Origin: Candidatus Krumholzibacteriia bacterium
GTDB lineage: Bacteria; Krumholzibacteriota; Krumholzibacteriia; LZORAL124-64-63
Assembly (NCBI GenBank): GCA_030592845.1
Contig: JAUVII010000005.1
Coordinates: 1-54,644 of the forward strand
DNA length: 54,644 bases
Direction: 5' to 3'
The translations under genes and the position numbers were made by a program. Positions 36,847 to 46,032 of the stretch are shown here, piece by piece (position 1 is the stretch's first letter; each line of letters opens with the position of its first letter). The notes beneath the pieces are model-generated. The model was not told the DNA's origin. It ran no database searches and saw nothing but the letters and a program-made list of their open reading frames with translations.

Positions 36847-36878
36847 AACCGCCGAAGGAGACAGCTCCTTCGGCGGTT
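36847..36878. terminator. Bidirectional hairpin between convergent genes
   Basis: aaccgccgaaggag-acag-ctccttcggcggtt. Confidence 0.75.
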
Positions 36879-36898
36879 CCGGTAAGGTGAGGATTGTC

Positions 36899-37585
36899 TC
36901 AGATCCCGAAACCGGCCATGACCGACAGGGTCTTGTTTTTGGCCGTAAGGTAGACCTCCTGCGTGCCCATGACGTACCGGACCTGCAGGCTGATGACCTT
37001 GCCTCCCGCGTCGATGTCGATCCCCCCGCCAAAAATCAGGCTGAAGTCCGTGGATTTGGAGGTGGTCAGCGTTTCATCGGCATTGAAATCGTTTTGGACG
37101 CCGCTGGGATACTCGGCATGAGTTTTGGCCGACAATTCGAAATCGACGGCGGGACCCAGGTAGAATACCGGGCGAACCGCACCGCCGGTAGGGATGGTCA
37201 AGGAGAACAGGAAAGGGATTTCCAGGTAGTCGACATTGTGGAAAAACCGGATCTCGCCCATGGGTTCCCCGTTTTCATCCGTGCCCATCGCCTTCATGAC
37301 GGCACCCTTGCGCGTGTAGAGAATTTCTCCCCGCCACCCCAGGTGACCGGCCACTTTCCCACCCAGGTAGCCTCCCGCGCAAAAACCGTTTTTGGGTTCG
37401 AACAAATCTTTGGAAGACCAGGCCGGGTGATAATCCCAGTCGCTGCCGTTCCACCCCACCAGCAGGCCCTTGTCGAGCTGGGCGTTCACCTTCACCGGCA
37501 GAAGACAAAAGAGGAAAAATATCATTAGTGAAACGGATATCCCATAACGACGCGACAAGCCGGTCCTCCCTGTTGGTGTGGTCAA
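36899..37585 (-). CDS. Outer-membrane beta-barrel (PorT/porin family) protein
   Basis: 'EILYTRKG', 'DYLEIPFL', 'YLGPAV', 'FGGGID'. Start uncertain. Confidence 0.8.
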   Translation of the reverse strand: MTTPTGRTGLSRRYGISVSLMIFFLFCLLPVKVNAQLDKGLLVGWNGSDWDYHPAWSSKDLFEPKNGFCAGGYLGGKVAGHLGWRGEILYTRKGAVMKAMGTDENGEPMGEIRFFHNVDYLEIPFLFSLTIPTGGAVRPVFYLGPAVDFELSAKTHAEYPSGVQNDFNADETLTTSKSTDFSLIFGGGIDIDAGGKVISLQVRYVMGTQEVYLTAKNKTLSVMAGFGI

Positions 37586-37615
37586 GATCGACCTTACACC
37601 AAATCCCCCAACTTT

Positions 37616-38722
37616 CTAGGGAGATCTGACCAGCATGACGCCCTTTTCCGTCCCGTCCTGACCGTTGCGCCGAAAGCCGACGGCGAAAATATCCCCGTTG
37701 GCCGCCTGATCGATCTGGAGAAGTCCGCCGGGGAAGGAAGCGATCTCCTTGCTTACTCCCTTCGAACTGCCGTGGACAAGATTGGCTTGGGTCTCTTCGC
37801 CCTCACCCATGCAGGCCAGGTAGATGCTGCCGTCGTCGGCGATCAGGATGTCGTTGACGCCGTGGAGCAGTTCGGGGTCGGGAAGGACCAGGTCGGCCCA
37901 CAGACCGTCAGCGGTGCGCTGGGCCAGGAAGGCCTTGGGCGACATGCCGCCGGCGCCTTCGATGCCACCCACGAAGATGGCGCCGTCATCGCCGAGGGCG
38001 ATACAGTAAAAGGTGCGGGTGGATGGCCCGGCGGTCCGGATCTTTTCCCATGGCGAGGAGGCGGTTCTGGTCAGGATGACCTGCAGCGTGTCGGCGCCGT
38101 CGTCAAAGCCGCAGGCGACGGCACGGTCGCCCAGGATACAGACATCCTGAAAGCCGGAATCGTTGGTTCCGGTCAGAGGCAAACCGTCAATATTCCAGAC
38201 CCCGGCTTCCGTGCTGGACCACAGGTCGCCGCCCCGGGCATAGCCACCGGCCACCATGAAGGAATCATTGCCGTCCACGGTGAACAGGCCTCGGGATGAA
38301 TAGGTTGTGTAAACGGGTTTGGAGGGTCTGAAGTCGAGAACGATGCCGGGATCACCGGAGTCCTGAATGCCAACCAGGACCGGACTGCCGACCGGGTTGA
38401 TGGAGATGTCGAGAAAAACAATGCTGGCGGAAATATTCGTAAGGTCGAACGGCAGCCAACCTCCATCGGCCTGCAGGCGGAAAAACTCATGGGTTATTCC
38501 CCAGTCCTTCCCGCCGGATTTCCCGAACACAAGACCCATTGCCATCCCGTGATTCCCATTGAAATCCACGGCCACAATCCGTTTGGAAGCAGGGGCGCCG
38601 AGGTCGACCTCACGCCAGAGTGGTGTGCTCGGGCTGACCGGGTCATCGTCGCTGCAGCCGGCGAGAAACAGAATCAGCAGAGCCAGGGACAGAAAGGTTT
38701 TCCGGAGGGCCTGGGGATTCAT
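37616..38722 (-). CDS. Hypothetical lipoprotein, likely beta-propeller
   Basis: Lipobox LAGC, 'SDDDPVSP', repeated beta-rich units. Confidence 0.7.
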   Translation of the reverse strand: MNPQALRKTFLSLALLILFLAGCSDDDPVSPSTPLWREVDLGAPASKRIVAVDFNGNHGMAMGLVFGKSGGKDWGITHEFFRLQADGGWLPFDLTNISASIVFLDISINPVGSPVLVGIQDSGDPGIVLDFRPSKPVYTTYSSRGLFTVDGNDSFMVAGGYARGGDLWSSTEAGVWNIDGLPLTGTNDSGFQDVCILGDRAVACGFDDGADTLQVILTRTASSPWEKIRTAGPSTRTFYCIALGDDGAIFVGGIEGAGGMSPKAFLAQRTADGLWADLVLPDPELLHGVNDILIADDGSIYLACMGEGEETQANLVHGSSKGVSKEIASFPGGLLQIDQAANGDIFAVGFRRNGQDGTEKGVMLVRSP

Positions 38723-38737
38723 GGTTGTCTCCACGAT

Positions 38738-39448
38738 CTACTTCTTCCGATCCTTCAACGCCTGCGATTTGGCTTTCCTGTATTCGCCCAGCAACTCGTT
38801 GGTCTGGGCTTCCACATTCGCCAGGTCGAAATTGTGCCAGTTGGCGGTCAGCTTGTCGTAGGATTCGTTGAGTTCGGCGGCGAGATCCCGGTCCTTGCCG
38901 TGGGTGTTTACGAAACTGCGGTAGCCTTTGATGATGTTGATCTTGTTGAGGACCAGATCCGCTTTCCCGGGTACCTCAGGCAAAACTCCCGATTCCTCGT
39001 TGTGGCAGAAAACGCAAGTGGCTTTGACCCTGGTCACGAAGATGAAGTCCATCTCCATGGCGCCGTGGCAGGTGGCGCAGTTGGGCGCCGTGCCGTCCTT
39101 CTCGAGAATCCGGTAGTGGTCGCTGGTGACAAAAGCGTCGCGCTGTTCGACATGGCACTGGCCGCAGGTCACCGGTATCTGGTCGAATTTGACCGGCTTC
39201 AAAACGTCGACGTGGGCTTTATCCAGGTCCCGGGTTTTTTCATCGCCGCCGTGGCAGTCCACACAGCTGAGACCCGCCACCCCATGGACCGAAGCGTCGA
39301 ATTCCGTGAAGTAGTTGAAGAGTTTGGGATGCTGGACCTTGAAGCCGGGGTCGTTGTGGCAGTCCATGCATTCGTCCCCGAAGCCGGTCGATGCGGTCAT
39401 CATGGCGAGGATGAAGATGAAAATGGGGAAAACCCGTTTGGCATTCAT
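38738..39448 (-). CDS. Periplasmic pentaheme cytochrome c
   Basis: Signal peptide; CMDCH, CVDCH, CGQCH, CATCH, CVFCH; helical C-terminus. Confidence 0.88.
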   Translation of the reverse strand: MNAKRVFPIFIFILAMMTASTGFGDECMDCHNDPGFKVQHPKLFNYFTEFDASVHGVAGLSCVDCHGGDEKTRDLDKAHVDVLKPVKFDQIPVTCGQCHVEQRDAFVTSDHYRILEKDGTAPNCATCHGAMEMDFIFVTRVKATCVFCHNEESGVLPEVPGKADLVLNKINIIKGYRSFVNTHGKDRDLAAELNESYDKLTANWHNFDLANVEAQTNELLGEYRKAKSQALKDRKK

Positions 39449-39564
39449 GATGGTCCCTTTCAGATAGTTACGACCACGAGGAACGTCTGCATATTCTATC
39501 ACATTTGTCCCACATGACATTAGAAACCCGATTTCGTTGGTGTTGGTTCCCGAAAACAGGTCGG

Positions 39565-39804
39565 TCAGTCGGGATCATCGTCGGTGAATGTGTAGGAGAA
39601 ATCAGCGCTCATCACATGGGGCAACTTCTGGATCTTCTTCAGTTTGGCGGTTTCGTCCTCGTTGCTGTCACCTTCGACCGTGACGACAATACGGCCAAGT
39701 TCGTCGCTGAAGTGGATGTCGCACAAACCGCTTTCGGTGAGACTGATTTTTACCGCCGCCAGGTTTTCGGGAAGAGTCTTGACCACGATGCTCGATATGT
39801 TCAT
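39565..39804 (-). CDS. napD: Nitrate reductase chaperone NapD
   Basis: 'MNISSIVVKT', 'GRIVVTVEG', 'VMSA'. Confidence 0.92.
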   Translation of the reverse strand: MNISSIVVKTLPENLAAVKISLTESGLCDIHFSDELGRIVVTVEGDSNEDETAKLKKIQKLPHVMSADFSYTFTDDDPD

Positions 39805-40118
39805 GCGGATTCTCCGGTCTGTGCTTCGGTTTTCGGACTTCTGACCACGATGGCGTTTGTGGGGCACACATCCACACAGTCGGCGCACAGGGTGCATCGA
39901 TCCAGAAGCACCCTGGGGTTCATCATGCCGACAAAAAAGAGGGCGTGTTCGCCGCACGCGTCCTCGCAGCGCGTGCAGATACCCTTGCCCCAGGCAATAC
40001 AGGCATCCTTGTCCAGAAGGATGTCCACGCCTTCGGGCAGAACGGCCGGTCGCGCGGGCCGTTCCCAGAAGTCGGAACTCATCAAACCTTTCAGCAGGTC
40101 ACGCCGGCTGCAATCCAT
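39801..40118 (-). CDS. napF: Ferredoxin-type protein NapF-like (short)
   Basis: 'SRRDLL', 'CIAW...CTRCEDAC', 'CTLCADCVDVCP'. Confidence 0.75.
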   Translation of the reverse strand: MDCSRRDLLKGLMSSDFWERPARPAVLPEGVDILLDKDACIAWGKGICTRCEDACGEHALFFVGMMNPRVLLDRCTLCADCVDVCPTNAIVVRSPKTEAQTGESA

Positions 40119-40127
40119 CGTCAGATC

Positions 40128-40700
40128 CTATTCCACACCCTCGTTGAGGATGTCCAGCAGGTTGGAGCGCTCCTTCTGCTCTTTGGCCCGGTAATAGGGC
40201 TCGAAAGTGTTCTCGACCAGTTCGCCGGTGTTGGCCTGGGGGGCGTGGCAGAGAGTGCAGTTGTAGTTGGCCGGGTTCAGCCCATCCAACTGCTTGTTGT
40301 TGCGCATGTCGTAGAGATGGCTGGCCGGCACCGGGGTCGCGCCCACATCGGCCGCTTCTTCGGGAAGGTGGCAGTCGGTGCAGGAATTTTCATCGGTGGT
40401 GATGGGCAACAGGCCGTCGGTATTGTGGGGGATGACCGGCGGCGCGTTTTCGAAAGCCCGGTTTCCCATTTGGGAATCGCCTGGATCCGGAGAGTCGAAG
40501 ACCGCCTCGGGGGTGCCGGAATCGTCGAGCAGGGGCTCGTTCCGGTAGCTCAACTCATCGTCGGTGACTTCCGTGGGCGGCGGCGGAGCTGGGGTTTCCG
40601 GCGGCGGCGGAGCCTCGGCGACCGGGGCTTCCTTGGCCGAACAGCCGGCAAGGCACAGCAGGGCGATCAACAGGCAGAGAGTGGACATTCTGGACATCAT
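40128..40700 (-). CDS. napB: Diheme cytochrome c subunit NapB (lipoprotein-type signal)
   Basis: 'RAFENAPPVIPH', CTDCH, CTLCHAPQ; lipobox LAGC. Confidence 0.93.
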   Translation of the reverse strand: MMSRMSTLCLLIALLCLAGCSAKEAPVAEAPPPPETPAPPPPTEVTDDELSYRNEPLLDDSGTPEAVFDSPDPGDSQMGNRAFENAPPVIPHNTDGLLPITTDENSCTDCHLPEEAADVGATPVPASHLYDMRNNKQLDGLNPANYNCTLCHAPQANTGELVENTFEPYYRAKEQKERSNLLDILNEGVE

Positions 40701-41521
40701 GAACCTCCCGATTCCAGTGACATGGCGTGTTTGCGATGGGAAAAAGACAAAGCCGCGTCGGGGCAGACCTCGATGCAGCGGCCACAGTTCGTACAGACTC
40801 CGTCAAGGACCGATCCGCTGGCCTGTCCCACCAGCTCGAGGATCTGGTTTTCAGGGCAGACCTTGAGGCAATCCATACAGCTGGTGCATTTTTCGTGATC
40901 GTGATCAATCCGCACCAGGGCGGTGCGACCGACCAATGCGTAGAAGGCGCCCAGGGGACAAACGTGGCCGCAGAAACCGTTCCTCTGGATCAACAGATCA
41001 AAAAGGAAAACAGCGGTCACGGCCAGCCAGCCGGCGCCCATGCCGAAGACAAGACCCCGCTGAAGCATTCCGATGGGGCTGATCGCTTCGAAAGCAGCCA
41101 CACCCATGATTGCGGACAGGACCAGGGCCAAACCCAGGATGAAGTAGCGGGCCGAGCGGCCGAAAACCCGCCGCGATCCGGTGCCCGTTTTGAAACGGCG
41201 GCCCAAGCGGTTGGCCAGGTCCGTCACCATGTTCATGGGGCAGACCCAGGAGCAGAACACGCGGCCGCCGAGCAGGGCGTAAAAAGCCAGGGTGATCGCC
41301 GCGCCGATCAGGACATCGGTCGCCAGCAGGCCTCCGGCGGCCAGCAACTGGATGACGGCGAACGGATCGGCCAGCGGCACGGTTCCCAGCACGACCGAGC
41401 TGCTGAGATTGCCACGCAGCACCGTCCAGCCCCACAGGTTGCCGCCGATCAGCAGCACCATCACCGCCGTTTGCACGAGGCGGCGGGCGATCAGGTAACG
41501 ATTTGTCCTGAGGCTAGTCAT
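40697..41521 (-). CDS. napH: Quinol dehydrogenase membrane subunit NapH
   Basis: 'GGRVFCSWVCP', 'CGHVCPLG', two ferredoxin motifs. Confidence 0.95.
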   Translation of the reverse strand: MTSLRTNRYLIARRLVQTAVMVLLIGGNLWGWTVLRGNLSSSVVLGTVPLADPFAVIQLLAAGGLLATDVLIGAAITLAFYALLGGRVFCSWVCPMNMVTDLANRLGRRFKTGTGSRRVFGRSARYFILGLALVLSAIMGVAAFEAISPIGMLQRGLVFGMGAGWLAVTAVFLFDLLIQRNGFCGHVCPLGAFYALVGRTALVRIDHDHEKCTSCMDCLKVCPENQILELVGQASGSVLDGVCTNCGRCIEVCPDAALSFSHRKHAMSLESGGS

Positions 41522-42290
41522 CCTGCAGGTCTCCGCTGTTCAGGTAGTCCAACGGGTGGCTGTCCAGTTCGTCGGCCGGGCCGGTGGTGCCGTCGATCCT
41601 GCTTTCGTCCCCTTCTTCCCAGCCTTTGACGTAGCTGTTGCCCACCCGGCCGAGGGCCACCTCCAATGGCAGAACAAAAATGGCCGCCTTTTCCACCACG
41701 CAGGCCCGCTCGCACAGGCCGCAGCCGGTGCAGGCATCGGGGTGCACCTTGGGCAGCAGCACGGCGTGCCGGCCCGTGCGCTCGTTGCGGGTGTGTTCGA
41801 TGGTGATGGCCTTGTCGAGCAGGGGGCAGGCCCGGTAGCAGGCATCGCAACGCAGGCCCCAGGCCGCGATGCAGTTTTCGTAATCCATGACAGCCAGACC
41901 GATGCGGGTCTTGTTCACGTCGAGAGTGCGGCCGCCATCATCACTTACCAGGCTGACATCCAGGGCGCCGGTGGGACACTCGGCGGTGCAGGGGATGTCG
42001 GTGCAGAGGTAGCAGGGAACATCTCGCGGGAGCAGGCGCGGCGTGCCGGTGGGCGCGTCGGTGCCGGGTCCCGCCAGGAACAGGGTGTCGTAGGGACAGG
42101 CTTCGACACAGATGCCGCATTTGATGCACTTGCCGAGAAAAACCTTTTCCGGCAGGGCGCCGGGCGGACGCAGGACCAGCGCGGCGGATTTGCCTTCGGT
42201 GACAAATCCGCCCCATACCACGCCACCGACCGCGGCGGCGGTCAAACGGGACAAAAAGCCCCGGCGGTCAATGCCCTTGCCCGCGGCCAT
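41514..42290 (-). CDS. napG: Quinol dehydrogenase periplasmic ferredoxin NapG
   Basis: Tat motif 'DRRGFL', 'LRPPGA', 'CIKCGICVEACPY', 'CDACYRACP'. Confidence 0.95.
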   Translation of the reverse strand: MAAGKGIDRRGFLSRLTAAAVGGVVWGGFVTEGKSAALVLRPPGALPEKVFLGKCIKCGICVEACPYDTLFLAGPGTDAPTGTPRLLPRDVPCYLCTDIPCTAECPTGALDVSLVSDDGGRTLDVNKTRIGLAVMDYENCIAAWGLRCDACYRACPLLDKAITIEHTRNERTGRHAVLLPKVHPDACTGCGLCERACVVEKAAIFVLPLEVALGRVGNSYVKGWEEGDESRIDGTTGPADELDSHPLDYLNSGDLQDD

Positions 42291-42296
42291 ATCGGG

Positions 42297-45077
42297 CTAG
42301 GCCCGGGTCACCTTGACGGCGCACTTCTTGTAGTCCGTCTCCTTGGAGATGGGACAGGTGGCGTCCAGGCAGACCTTGTTGATGAGCACGCGTTCGTCGA
42401 AGAACGGCACCATCACCGTGCCCTTGGGCATGGTGTTGCGGCCCCGCAGTTCGATGTGCACCTTCACGCGGCCGCGGCGGCTTTCGATCCAGATCGCATC
42501 GCCGTCGGTGAAGCCCTGCTCCGCAGCGTCGTCGGGATTCATGAAACACACAGCCTCGGGCACCGCGCGGTAAAGCTCGGGCACGCGCATGGTCATGGTT
42601 CCGGTGTGCCAGTGTTCGAGCACGCGGCCGGTCACCAGCCAGAACGGGTAGGTCTTGTCCGGCATTTCCGGGGGATCCATATAGGGCCGGAAGAAGATCT
42701 TGGCCTTGTTGTCGTACTTGACCTTGTCGCCCTTGTGGGGGCCCTTCAGGTCACCCGCGAGAAGCGCTTTGGCCGCGGGTCCGTAAAAGGCGAACTTCTG
42801 TCCGGGCGCCTTTTTGGCGACGTAGGAATCGTACTCGGCGTTGAAGCGCCACTCGGTTTCCTTGCCGTCGACCACGGGCCACTTCAGGCCGCGCACCTTG
42901 TGATAGGTGTCAAAGTCGGCCAGATCGTGCATATGACCCACGCCGAACTTACGGTATTCCTCCCACAGGTACTTGTGCACGAAGAACCCATAACCCTCGA
43001 AGCCCGCGACCTTGCGCTTGTCGCCTTCGGCCAGGGTGTTCAGGGATCCTTCGCCGATGGGATCGGGCCAGGTGTACTTGTGCGCGTCCTCGTTGTTGAA
43101 CAGGACGTCGAACAGCGTGTCGTCCGGCGAATAACCCATGGCCTGGGCGTCGGCCAGGACGTCGGGAAGAGTCAGCTTGTCGTTGATCTTCTGCTCTCCC
43201 CACACCTCCTTCAGGGTGATTCGCTTGGCGAACTCGAAGGCCTGCCAGATGTCGGGCATCGCGTCGCCGACAGGGGTGACCTGCTGTTTCCAGTGCTGGG
43301 TGCGGCGCTCGGCGTTGCCGTAGGCACCCCACTTTTCGAAGATCATCGCGCTGGGCAGGATCAGGTCGGCCACCTTGGCGCTGATGGTCGGGTAACCGTC
43401 CGAAACAACGATGAAGTTGTCCATCTCGCGCGCGGCCTTGATCCAGTGGTTGGCGTTGGCCGTGTTTTGCCAGGGATTGCAGACCTGCACCCACGCCCAC
43501 TTGATCTTCCCGTCCTCGATGTCCCGCAGCAGCTTCGTATAGTGCGAACCCGGCTTTCCATTGAGGGTTTTGGCGGGCAGCTTCCAGATTTTTTCGCTGA
43601 ATTCGCGGTGTTTGGGATTGGCCACAATCAGGTCGGCGGGCAGCCGGTGGGCGAAGGTGCCCACTTCGCGGGCGGTGCCGCAGGCGCTGGGCTGTCCGGT
43701 CAGGCTGAAGGCACCGTTGCCGGGCTCGGCCTGCTTGCCCAGCAGCAGATGCACCATATAGGCCTGTTCGTTTACCCAACTTCCGCGCGTGTGCTGGTTC
43801 ATGCCCATGGTCCAGTAGCTGACGACCTTGCGGTCCTTTTCCAGATAGTGGTCGGCCAAGGCCTGGAGCTTCACCTTGTAGTCATCGAGGGATTCGTCGG
43901 GGTCGCCCTTGGACAATTCGGCCACGAAGTCCAACGTGTAGGGTTCAAGGCCTTTCTTGAATTCCTCGAAGCCGATGGTCCAGTGGGCGAAACAATCCCC
44001 GGGGGCGGTGTGTTTCATCTCCATCGTGTCACCGGCCTTGTAACCGAGGTAGGCGAGGGTCTTGCCTTCGGCCTCACTCAGTACCTTGCTGAACTGTTTG
44101 TTCATGGTGTCCAGTTCGATGGCGGCATATTTGGGGTTGTTTTTGTCTTGCCGCATTCCATAGCCGAGGTCGGTGTGGCCGGTCGTGAATACGGTGTTCT
44201 GTTCGATGAACTCCTTGTCCATGGTCTCGGGCCGGTTGTAGACGATTTCATTGGCGATGTAGTTCCAGATCGCCAGATCGGTCTGCGGTTTGAAGATGAT
44301 CTCCATGTCGGCCAGGTTGCTGCAGCGGTTGGTGTAAGTGGTCAGGTTGATCAGCTTCACCCGGTCGGGGTTGCTCAGCTTGCGGTCGGTGATGCGGGAC
44401 CAGAGGATGGGATGCATCTCGGCCATGTTGGCGCCCCACATCACGGCCGTGTCAGTGTATTCGATGTCGTCGTAGTTTCCGGACGGCTCGTCGATGCCGA
44501 AGGTCTGGATGAAACCCACCACCGCGCTGGCCATGCAGTGCCGGGCGTTGGGGTCGAGGTTGTTGCTGCGGAAGCCACCCTTGACCAGCTTGGACATGGC
44601 GTAGCCTTCGTGGATGGTGTACTGCCCGGAGCCGAACACGCCGATGCCCGTGGGGCCCAGTTCGCCGTAGGCTTCCTTGAACTTGGCGGCCATCACGTCG
44701 AAGGCCTTGTCCCAGCTGACGGGTTTGAACTTGCCCTGTTTGTCGAACTCACCCTGCGCGTTGACCCGCAGCAGGGGCTGGGTGAGGCGGTCCTTGCCGT
44801 ACATGATCTTGGCGTTGAAATATCCCTTGATGCAATTCAGCCCACGGTTCACCGGGGCGGCGGGGTCGCCCTTGACCGCGACGATCTTGTCGTTGCGCGT
44901 GGCCAGCATCAGCCCGCAACCGGTTCCGCAAAAACGGCAAACCGATTTGTCCCACTTCCAGCCTTTTTCGGTCTCCTGGGCCTGGGCCATGGCCGAGGCG
45001 GGGATCTTCATGCTGATGGCGCCGGCGGCACTGACCGCGGCGGCCTGTTTGATGAAATCACGACGAGTGAGAGCCAT
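42297..45077 (-). CDS. napA: Periplasmic nitrate reductase catalytic subunit (long, 926 aa)
   Basis: Tat 'TRRDFIK', CRFCGTGC, '[11 protein letters not shown]', '[16 protein letters not shown]', 'TGRVLEHWH', '[11 protein letters not shown]'. Confidence 0.98.
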   Translation of the reverse strand: MALTRRDFIKQAAAVSAAGAISMKIPASAMAQAQETEKGWKWDKSVCRFCGTGCGLMLATRNDKIVAVKGDPAAPVNRGLNCIKGYFNAKIMYGKDRLTQPLLRVNAQGEFDKQGKFKPVSWDKAFDVMAAKFKEAYGELGPTGIGVFGSGQYTIHEGYAMSKLVKGGFRSNNLDPNARHCMASAVVGFIQTFGIDEPSGNYDDIEYTDTAVMWGANMAEMHPILWSRITDRKLSNPDRVKLINLTTYTNRCSNLADMEIIFKPQTDLAIWNYIANEIVYNRPETMDKEFIEQNTVFTTGHTDLGYGMRQDKNNPKYAAIELDTMNKQFSKVLSEAEGKTLAYLGYKAGDTMEMKHTAPGDCFAHWTIGFEEFKKGLEPYTLDFVAELSKGDPDESLDDYKVKLQALADHYLEKDRKVVSYWTMGMNQHTRGSWVNEQAYMVHLLLGKQAEPGNGAFSLTGQPSACGTAREVGTFAHRLPADLIVANPKHREFSEKIWKLPAKTLNGKPGSHYTKLLRDIEDGKIKWAWVQVCNPWQNTANANHWIKAAREMDNFIVVSDGYPTISAKVADLILPSAMIFEKWGAYGNAERRTQHWKQQVTPVGDAMPDIWQAFEFAKRITLKEVWGEQKINDKLTLPDVLADAQAMGYSPDDTLFDVLFNNEDAHKYTWPDPIGEGSLNTLAEGDKRKVAGFEGYGFFVHKYLWEEYRKFGVGHMHDLADFDTYHKVRGLKWPVVDGKETEWRFNAEYDSYVAKKAPGQKFAFYGPAAKALLAGDLKGPHKGDKVKYDNKAKIFFRPYMDPPEMPDKTYPFWLVTGRVLEHWHTGTMTMRVPELYRAVPEAVCFMNPDDAAEQGFTDGDAIWIESRRGRVKVHIELRGRNTMPKGTVMVPFFDERVLINKVCLDATCPISKETDYKKCAVKVTRA

Positions 45078-45369
45078 GGCAAACCTCTTTCAGCTTCAAG
45101 GCGGGAATCCCCAGATTCGATCTAGGGATTTAAACAATTCAGAACCTGGATGTAAAGGTCCAAATTAAAGAAATAACAGGTATATCTCCTTAGTGATCAA
45201 TATGTTATGAATATATTTCCAATAATGAGAATCAATTTTATCCTGGATTTGGGAAACAATTTCGGGCACTTTTCGAGAATACCTTGTTAAATGGCGATAC
45301 CCCTGAACTTTGGCGGTCGGAACCTGGCTGCCGGAGCATTATGGGATTCGAAACAAGGGGGACTTCCAC

Positions 45370-46032
45370 GTGAAAAAATCCTGCCTGCCTTTCATGGTCC
45401 TTTTTCTTTTTCTGTCCGGCTGTCTGACCTCCACTCCCTTCCAGTCCGCCCGGGTGGTCGAACCGGGCCAGCAGTCGGGATCGGTTACGTTGCAGAAAAG
45501 CGTCGATGCCAAGGAAAGCCAGGACTACAGCTGGTACATGATGGAATTCGGCGGGCGTTTTCCGGTGGCCAACGGAAGGGTGGATTTTTCCGTGGGCGGG
45601 GCCATCATGGCCTTTCAGAGGAATGGTGAACTGGGGGGCATCGGGGGGATGCTCGGACTGGGGACCAAAGTTGAACTTTTGCAGGATTTGCTGGCTGTCG
45701 AAATCCCGGCGCGCCTGATGTTCGCCGGCGAGAACACTTTGGAAACCACCCACCTCTATCCGCGGGCCATCCTCTCACTGCCGATTTCGCAACTGGTGGA
45801 AATCAATCTATCCCACACCCGGTACGTGTTTTTTGAAGAGACAGGCCTGGTTCCCTACGCCTTTTCGGCGGGACTGGCCATTGGCCGCCGGGGCGGTAAT
45901 ATCATCAGACCGGAAATCGGAATCCTGGTTTTTCCGGAGGGTCATAATATTCTGCAATTCGGCATCGGGTACACGCCCGAAGCGCCGAGTTATTCTCCCA
46001 AAAAAGATTTCGAAGAGGGTACGCCATACTAA
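45370..46032 (+). CDS. Hypothetical lipoprotein (beta-rich)
   Basis: GTG start after ggggga; lipobox LSGC; 'FQSARVVEPG'. Confidence 0.7.
   Translation: MKKSCLPFMVLFLFLSGCLTSTPFQSARVVEPGQQSGSVTLQKSVDAKESQDYSWYMMEFGGRFPVANGRVDFSVGGAIMAFQRNGELGGIGGMLGLGTKVELLQDLLAVEIPARLMFAGENTLETTHLYPRAILSLPISQLVEINLSHTRYVFFEETGLVPYAFSAGLAIGRRGGNIIRPEIGILVFPEGHNILQFGIGYTPEAPSYSPKKDFEEGTPY

Noticed and set aside
41556-45125. 1189-aa + strand ORF
   Set aside because: Antisense shadow of napG/napA caused by GC-biased codon usage.
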